A DNA stretch of 64,000 nucleotides. Source: Candidatus Cacconaster merdequi. Lineage in GTDB: Bacteria > Bacteroidota > Bacteroidia > Bacteroidales > UBA932. Position numbers and translations under genes: made by a program. Position 1 is the stretch's first letter; every line of letters begins with the position of its first letter. Positions 59,615 to 64,000 of this stretch are shown in pieces. The notes beneath the pieces were generated by a model, which was given only the letters and a program-made list of their open reading frames with translations, searched no databases and was not told the origin of the DNA. Where the stretch lies: positions 5,189 through 69,188 of the forward strand of contig JAGHVK010000003.1 of assembly GCA_018064345.1 (NCBI GenBank). Reading direction: 5' to 3'.

Positions 59615-60587
59615 TGTCCGACTCTTCTGATAAAGGATCATAATATGCATCTTCATCGATGCTCTTCTTTGGTACCGTAATCCGGATCACCCGGCCTTCG
59701 TTGCCGTCACGGCATATTTCGAACTCATCAAGTGAAGCGGGGATGAGCAGTGCTTCGCCCTTTGTGAAAGATATGACCTCTTTGCCATACACGGCGTTCG
59801 CCTTCCCTTGCGTACAGGCCATAACGATGACGCTTCCACTGCGTTCTGGAGCGACAGTCAAAGGCTTGTCCAAGGAGTGTTCTGAAACGGAGAAATGCTT
59901 GCCGGAAAAAAGATTGCATCCACCGCGTGGCATCCGGCAGGAGGTTTCATCAAGGCGACGGTAATCAATCAAGTCCAGAGCCTCTTCCAGCAATATCTCA
60001 CGGCTTGGGTCAGAACCGCCTTCCCTGCCCCAGTCATAGAGACGGAAAGTGATATCAGACGGCTGTGAAACCTCCAGGACAGTCAAGCCGCCACCTAAAG
60101 AGTGTACCGTGCCGGCCTCAATGCAGAAACAATCCCCTTTCTTCGGCTGAAAAACGTTCATAAGGGACGGCAGTGTTCCATTCAAACAGGCTTCATAGAG
60201 TTCAGTCGCGTTGATTGCCCTATTGAAGCCGAGGTACATCCTTGCCTGGGGAGAGGCATCAAGTACATAAAGGAATTCCGTCTTTCCATAGGAATAATAG
60301 CGTTCCATCGCTATCTCATCATCCGGATGGACGTGTGCCGAGACATTGCCGTCAGCGTGCAGAAGCTTGACGGACAGAGGGAACTGAAGATTATAATACT
60401 CGAATATCTCATCTCCCACAAAATCCCCGAGATATGTTTCAAGGATGTCGGCAATGTCATTCTCAGCAAGAAAGCCGTTCTCCGCCACCGAAGGGGAATC
60501 TTCATTGTCAGATATCAGCAAAGCCTCGGAGCCCCATATCTTGTCAATGAGCGTCGGGACGAATTTCAGAGGATACAGTTTTTTCAT
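59595..60587 (-). CDS. manA: Type I mannose-6-phosphate isomerase
   Basis: Contains LYPLKFVP...KIWG, a cupin metal site (LSVKLLHADGNVSAHVHPDD, GKTEFLYV) and the later TVHSLGGG. Confidence 0.85.
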   Translation of the reverse strand: MKKLYPLKFVPTLIDKIWGSEALLISDNEDSPSVAENGFLAENDIADILETYLGDFVGDEIFEYYNLQFPLSVKLLHADGNVSAHVHPDDEIAMERYYSYGKTEFLYVLDASPQARMYLGFNRAINATELYEACLNGTLPSLMNVFQPKKGDCFCIEAGTVHSLGGGLTVLEVSQPSDITFRLYDWGREGGSDPSREILLEEALDLIDYRRLDETSCRMPRGGCNLFSGKHFSVSEHSLDKPLTVAPERSGSVIVMACTQGKANAVYGKEVISFTKGEALLIPASLDEFEICRDGNEGRVIRITVPKKSIDEDAYYDPLSEESDNGQREN

Positions 60588-61335
60588 TCAGAAGATAGAT
60601 GATTATTGAGAAAACGCACAGGCAACCGGCGAACAGCACCCAGTAGCTCCCGCCCATAAGGTCCATAAGGTCCTGGTCTATTTCCATTTGAGGAGTCAGC
60701 CGGCTCACAATGGTAGATACGGAATTGTTCAGGCAGTGCAGGAATATGGTAAGCCACAGGCATCGTGTACGGCAATATATCCACCCGAAAAAGGCCCCTA
60801 TCAGGAATGCCGGAATCGACTGCCATGGATTTGCGTGCATCAGTGCGAAAAGGAATGCCGACCAGAATATCGCATATCCCTCAGACCCGTGCTTCATCAG
60901 GCCTCTGACCATAACGCCACGGCACAATGTCTCTTCAAGCAAAGGTGCAAGAATACAAGTCGAAAGGATGGAATCCCAAAGCGGAGTGTTCAAGAACACC
61001 TGCTCGAACAGATTCTTGATCAAGTCAGGCATCGGGATATAATGTGTCGTCGGCTCCATCAACACCATAAGGCACAACATGGCTGTTCCGCACAACGAGA
61101 AAGTCGCCACTGCGCCCATCCTGCCGAAGGAAGGTGCGTTCAACGGTAGAGACTCCTGTGATTTTCGAGACAGAAACACGCCGTACAGCAGCGGAAATGC
61201 CATTGAAACCAGGTAGGCGGCCGACTGAGGTCCGCTGCGGAATACGAATCCGGCAAAAAGGCTCCCGACAAGCATCAGAATGACAAGAAGCCAACATTGC
61301 CCCAGATTGGGAAGATAACTGTCCAAACGCTTCAT
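60544..61335 (-). CDS. CPBP-family intramembrane glutamic endopeptidase
   Basis: Multi-TM protein with the three CPBP motifs EETLCRG, FALMH and HCLNN. Confidence 0.85.
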   Translation of the reverse strand: MKRLDSYLPNLGQCWLLVILMLVGSLFAGFVFRSGPQSAAYLVSMAFPLLYGVFLSRKSQESLPLNAPSFGRMGAVATFSLCGTAMLCLMVLMEPTTHYIPMPDLIKNLFEQVFLNTPLWDSILSTCILAPLLEETLCRGVMVRGLMKHGSEGYAIFWSAFLFALMHANPWQSIPAFLIGAFFGWIYCRTRCLWLTIFLHCLNNSVSTIVSRLTPQMEIDQDLMDLMGGSYWVLFAGCLCVFSIIIYLLNEKTVSSEIRPDAH

Positions 61336-61343
61336 AACATTTG

Positions 61344-61351
61344 CAAAAATA
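61344..61351 (-). promoter_or_regulatory. -7 box TATTTTTG upstream of the CPBP protease gene
   Basis: Perfect TAnnTTTG on the minus strand, 9 nt upstream of ATG 61335. Confidence 0.5.
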
Positions 61352-61354
61352 GTT

Positions 61355-61362
61355 TAATTTTG
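61355..61362 (+). promoter_or_regulatory. -7 box TAATTTTG upstream of ftsB
   Basis: Perfect TAnnTTTG, 17 nt upstream of ATG 61379 and 3 nt from the divergent CPBP box. Confidence 0.5.
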
Positions 61363-61378
61363 TGAAAAATCAACCGCA

Positions 61379-61729
61379 ATGGCAAGCTTCAGAATAATCA
61401 GACAATCATTCTCCTTTCTCAGACAAAAGAAAGATATGCTGAAAAGCAGGAACCTGTTCTGGAGGATAATTCTCAACAAATTCACGATAGCCACACTTGT
61501 ATTCATTCTCCTGGCAGGGTTCATCGACACCAACAGCCTTATAGAACTTGTCAGGACAAACAGAGTCCTGAAGAGCCAGGAACAGAAAATAGAAGAGTTG
61601 GACAACCGGATAGAGACGGCTGCCCGGAAGCTCAATGCACTCAGATCGAGCAAGGATTCGTTGGAAAGGTTCGCACGCGAAGAGCACCTGTACTGCGCGG
61701 ACGGGGAGGATGTGTATGTCCTGGAATGA
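61379..61729 (+). CDS. ftsB: Septum formation initiator (FtsB/DivIC family)
   Basis: One TM (ATLVFILLAGF), a coiled coil, and the family-typical C-terminus (LERFAREEHLY...GEDVYVL). Confidence 0.8.
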   Translation: MASFRIIRQSFSFLRQKKDMLKSRNLFWRIILNKFTIATLVFILLAGFIDTNSLIELVRTNRVLKSQEQKIEELDNRIETAARKLNALRSSKDSLERFAREEHLYCADGEDVYVLE

Positions 61730-63131
61730 TATACGTCACACTTTGCTCGCAGCACTCCTGTGCATCATCAGTATGCCGGCCTGCAAGCCTGTCGAAGACA
61801 CTGATTCCGCTCTTGCCTCGAAAATATACCTTCGCGACCAATTGATGGACCACTATTATTTCTGGAGAGAGGAGGTCAAGGAACGTAACACAAGGCTTTC
61901 TCCCGGCATGTACTCGATGGAAGAGTATTTCGACGCACTTCTGTACAGCAGGGACAGATGGAGCTGGATGGAGGGAAGAGAATCTTACATCTCATCTTTC
62001 ACGGGGGTGACAGAAGGAGGTACCTACGCTGTATCGACCTCCCAGGCGGTCGCCGATTTCAAAGACTACCGTGTTTGGGTGAAGTATATCCTGCCCGGTT
62101 CCCCTCTTGAAAGATACGGCGTGACCAGAGGTGCACTGCTGACATCAATCGGAGGCGTGGACATAAGCGGAGGAATCGAGACACAAGTTCAGTTGGATGC
62201 CGTGAACAACGGTTTTTCCATTTCCCCGCAAACATTCTCTTTCCGGCTTGCAGATGGCACCGACACCACATTCACCACATCCTGGAGCAGCAAGTTCGCC
62301 ACTGATTACATACTGAAAGATACAATCTTCACCGGAAAGGATTTCCCGGGTTTGAAAGAGCCGGTAGGATATCTCAATTTCATCAGTTTCAGCAGGCAGC
62401 ACATATCCTTTCTGGCAGCCGCCATAGAAAGGCTTCACGAAGCCGGAATCAGGAAGCTGATACTCGATCTGCGGTATAACGGTGGAGGGGACGCTACAGT
62501 CAGCGATACTCTTATGAGCTACATAGCTCCCGCCGGGTGCGCCGGAAAAGTATATGTGAAAAGAATCCATAACGGCAGAATGGCTTCACACAACAAGGAG
62601 GAGTTCATCAAACCGAATGACCACAACCTCAACCTCGATGCAATCTACTTCATCGGAGGCAAAGGAATGGCATCAGCAAGCGAAATGGTGTTCAACGCTC
62701 TTAAGCCGTATTTCAAAGAAAACATACATCTCGTGGGACGAAGCACCTACGGCAAACCGAACGGAATGTACGTATTGCTGTACCCCGACTCCAGTTCAGA
62801 CTATGACCGGTACAATTCCGGTGACTACTCCTCTCTTCAATACGCCTTCTACCCCGTCAGCTTCTTCAACAGCAACTCTTCCGGAAATATGATTCCTGAA
62901 GAAGGGTTCACTCCGGAAAGGGTTTCCTACGACGACATCTTCACCGATTTCAACCCGATGGAAAACGACATCGCCGCCTGTCTGCATCACATCGTGAACG
63001 GCTCATATCCGTCTCCCGCCAAAGTTTCCGGAAGCGGCATTTCCGTCCGGGGGATGGAAGCAGTTTCCTGTATTCCGGAAGAGAACGCAAACCCGTTCTA
63101 CGGTATCTATAAGGTACATTTGCTCAAATAA
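61716..63131 (+). CDS. S41-family peptidase lipoprotein
   Basis: Lipobox (IISMPACKP) and S41 core motifs LRYNGGGD and GMASASEMVFNAL. Start is ATG 61716 (or 61710), overlapping the ftsB end. Confidence 0.8.
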   Translation: MSWNDIRHTLLAALLCIISMPACKPVEDTDSALASKIYLRDQLMDHYYFWREEVKERNTRLSPGMYSMEEYFDALLYSRDRWSWMEGRESYISSFTGVTEGGTYAVSTSQAVADFKDYRVWVKYILPGSPLERYGVTRGALLTSIGGVDISGGIETQVQLDAVNNGFSISPQTFSFRLADGTDTTFTTSWSSKFATDYILKDTIFTGKDFPGLKEPVGYLNFISFSRQHISFLAAAIERLHEAGIRKLILDLRYNGGGDATVSDTLMSYIAPAGCAGKVYVKRIHNGRMASHNKEEFIKPNDHNLNLDAIYFIGGKGMASASEMVFNALKPYFKENIHLVGRSTYGKPNGMYVLLYPDSSSDYDRYNSGDYSSLQYAFYPVSFFNSNSSGNMIPEEGFTPERVSYDDIFTDFNPMENDIAACLHHIVNGSYPSPAKVSGSGISVRGMEAVSCIPEENANPFYGIYKVHLLK

Positions 63132-63245
63132 TTACAAAAAATTTTGTTTTTTTATTCAAAAGTGTATAACTTCGAATCGTGATAGTATTTAAGCTATTTA
63201 AATGAACTTTTTTCAACATTAATATTCCTAAAAAACTTACACATT

Positions 63246-63422
63246 ATGAAAGAACTCGTCGAGAAAATCAACGCTGAAATCGCAGCCTTCCAAGTTAACG
63301 CTGAGGCTCAGGTTGTCAAAGGCAACAAAGCTGCCGGAATCCGCGCACGCAAGGCTGCTTTGAACATCTGCAAACTTATGAAAGATTTCCGCAAGGTCTC
63401 AGTAGAAGAAGCCAAGAAGTAA
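63246..63422 (+). CDS. Histone H1-like small basic protein (58 aa), absent from the ORF track
   Basis: My own translation is MKELVEKINAEIAAFQVNAEAQVVKGNKAAGIRARKAALNICKLMKDFRKVSVEEAKK. It is Lys/Ala-rich and matches my memory of the ~58-aa Bacteroidales 'histone H1' proteins (GNKAAG.R.RK core, FRKVSVEEAKK end). An AT-rich upstream region and a strong terminator frame it. Confidence 0.75.
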   Translation: MKELVEKINAEIAAFQVNAEAQVVKGNKAAGIRARKAALNICKLMKDFRKVSVEEAKK

Positions 63423-63477
63423 ATCTTATCGTAAAGAACCTGCATTTGGTCCCATTATTCAAATACAGGCTCTAAGG

Positions 63478-63505
63478 GATAATCGCATTGCGGTTATCTT
63501 TTTTT
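63478..63505 (+). terminator. Rho-independent terminator after the histone H1-like gene
   Basis: GATAATCGC-ATT-GCGGTTATC (one G-U pair), followed by TTTTTTT. Confidence 0.8.
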
Positions 63506-63575
63506 ATACCCGGATATCTTAGCCATTCTTGAAGCAGGTTCCAGAACCCGTCTTGAAACAACAATCTTTGACAGT

Positions 63576-64000
63576 ATGAAAATTTACACGAAAGCAGGAG
63601 ACAAAGGAAACACATCACTCGTTGGAGGGAAGCGTGTAAGCAAAGCCCACCCGAGAGTGATGGCATACGGAGACCTCGATGAACTCATCAGTTGCATCGG
63701 TCTTATCCGGTGTCACTCTGCTGAAGCCGATTCGCAGTTGCGGAGGATTCAGGTCCATCTGATGAACGTAAGCGCGCATCTTGCCTCCGAAGGGGAATCA
63801 GCCAAGCTCAAACCGCTGGACGATGAAGAAATATCATTCCTTGAAAGTCAGATTGACAGAATGACCGGGGAAATTCCTCCGCAGACAGCATTCATACTGC
63901 CAGGCAAGCCCGCCGTGTCATCTCTCTGCCACATTGCCAGGACTGTCTGCCGGAGAGCGGAAAGAAGCGCAGTTCAGATTGAAGACCGCGACGAACAGGA
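63576..64000 (+). CDS. PduO-type ATP:cob(I)alamin adenosyltransferase (3' end outside window)
   Basis: My own translation is MKIYTKAGDKGNTSLVGGKRVSKAHPRVMAYGDLDELIS...FILPG...HIARTVCRRAER, the canonical PduO-type N-terminus and motifs. The frame is open to the window end. Confidence 0.9.
   Translation, partial: MKIYTKAGDKGNTSLVGGKRVSKAHPRVMAYGDLDELISCIGLIRCHSAEADSQLRRIQVHLMNVSAHLASEGESAKLKPLDDEEISFLESQIDRMTGEIPPQTAFILPGKPAVSSLCHIARTVCRRAERSAVQIEDRDEQ

Noticed and set aside
63132-63170. An A/T-only hairpin ACAAAA-AA-TTTTGT followed by TTTTTTT after the S41 peptidase gene, considered as a terminator.
   Set aside because: The stem consists only of A-T pairs with a 2-nt loop, so it is too weak to call.
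63472-63666. A 64-aa minus-strand ORF between the histone-like gene and the adenosyltransferase gene.
   Set aside because: It overlaps the plus-strand terminator and the start of a well-supported CDS. It is Cys/Leu-rich with no motif.

Overview
This window looks like a compact chromosomal core segment from a Bacteroidota (Bacteroidales-type) genome. That assignment rests on gene content and on repeated perfect matches to the Bacteroides -7 promoter box TAnnTTTG in front of operons. All product calls come from motifs and family patterns I recognise in the translations; no homology search was possible.

Layout:
- 1-14.8 kb (+): a nearly gapless dcw cell-wall/division cluster (ftsI', murE, mraY, murD, ftsW, murG, murC, ftsQ, ftsA, ftsZ), running straight into gltX, rpiB and truB.
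- 14.8-33.7 kb (-): TonB-like gene, udk, asnS, a GHL10-type hydrolase, alkaline phosphatase, an exbB/4-TM/exbD/exbD cassette, tatD, dprA, queA, an S41 protease, dCMP deaminase, an acyl-CoA ligase, an MsbA-like ABC exporter, an FKBP isomerase and nhaA.
- 33.9-41.4 kb (+): recQ, an acidic-tail protein, miaA, yigZ, serC, a serA-like gene and a DUF1015 gene.
- 41.8-51.5 kb (-): GT2, M28 peptidase, TlpA-like redoxin, ROK glucokinase, MFS sugar transporter, rplI-rpsR-rpsF, pepD and a DUF4831 gene.
- 51.6-64 kb (mixed strands): tmk, a DoxX/MauE-like membrane protein, folP, DPP III, a DUF486 gene, a C11 peptidase, rplY, pth, an Hsp15-like gene, manA, a CPBP protease, ftsB, a second S41 peptidase, a 58-aa histone H1-like ORF missed by the ORF track, and a partial PduO-type corrinoid adenosyltransferase.

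I found no rRNA, tRNA, CRISPR array, transposase, integrase or obvious defence/toxin module. Several ORF-track starts are TTG/GTG extensions that run into promoter boxes or terminators, and I corrected them.

I do not see a convincing novel multi-gene system; the region is mostly housekeeping. The leads most worth checking are:
- an orphan consensus promoter with a roughly 225-nt non-coding unit in the 377-bp convergent gap at 41.5-41.8 kb;
- a 96-nt homopurine tract encoding an E/R/K-repeat spacer in FtsA;
- the serC-serA-DUF1015 operon;
- an acidic-tail protein coupled to recQ;
- a 5'-terminal hairpin in front of rpsF.
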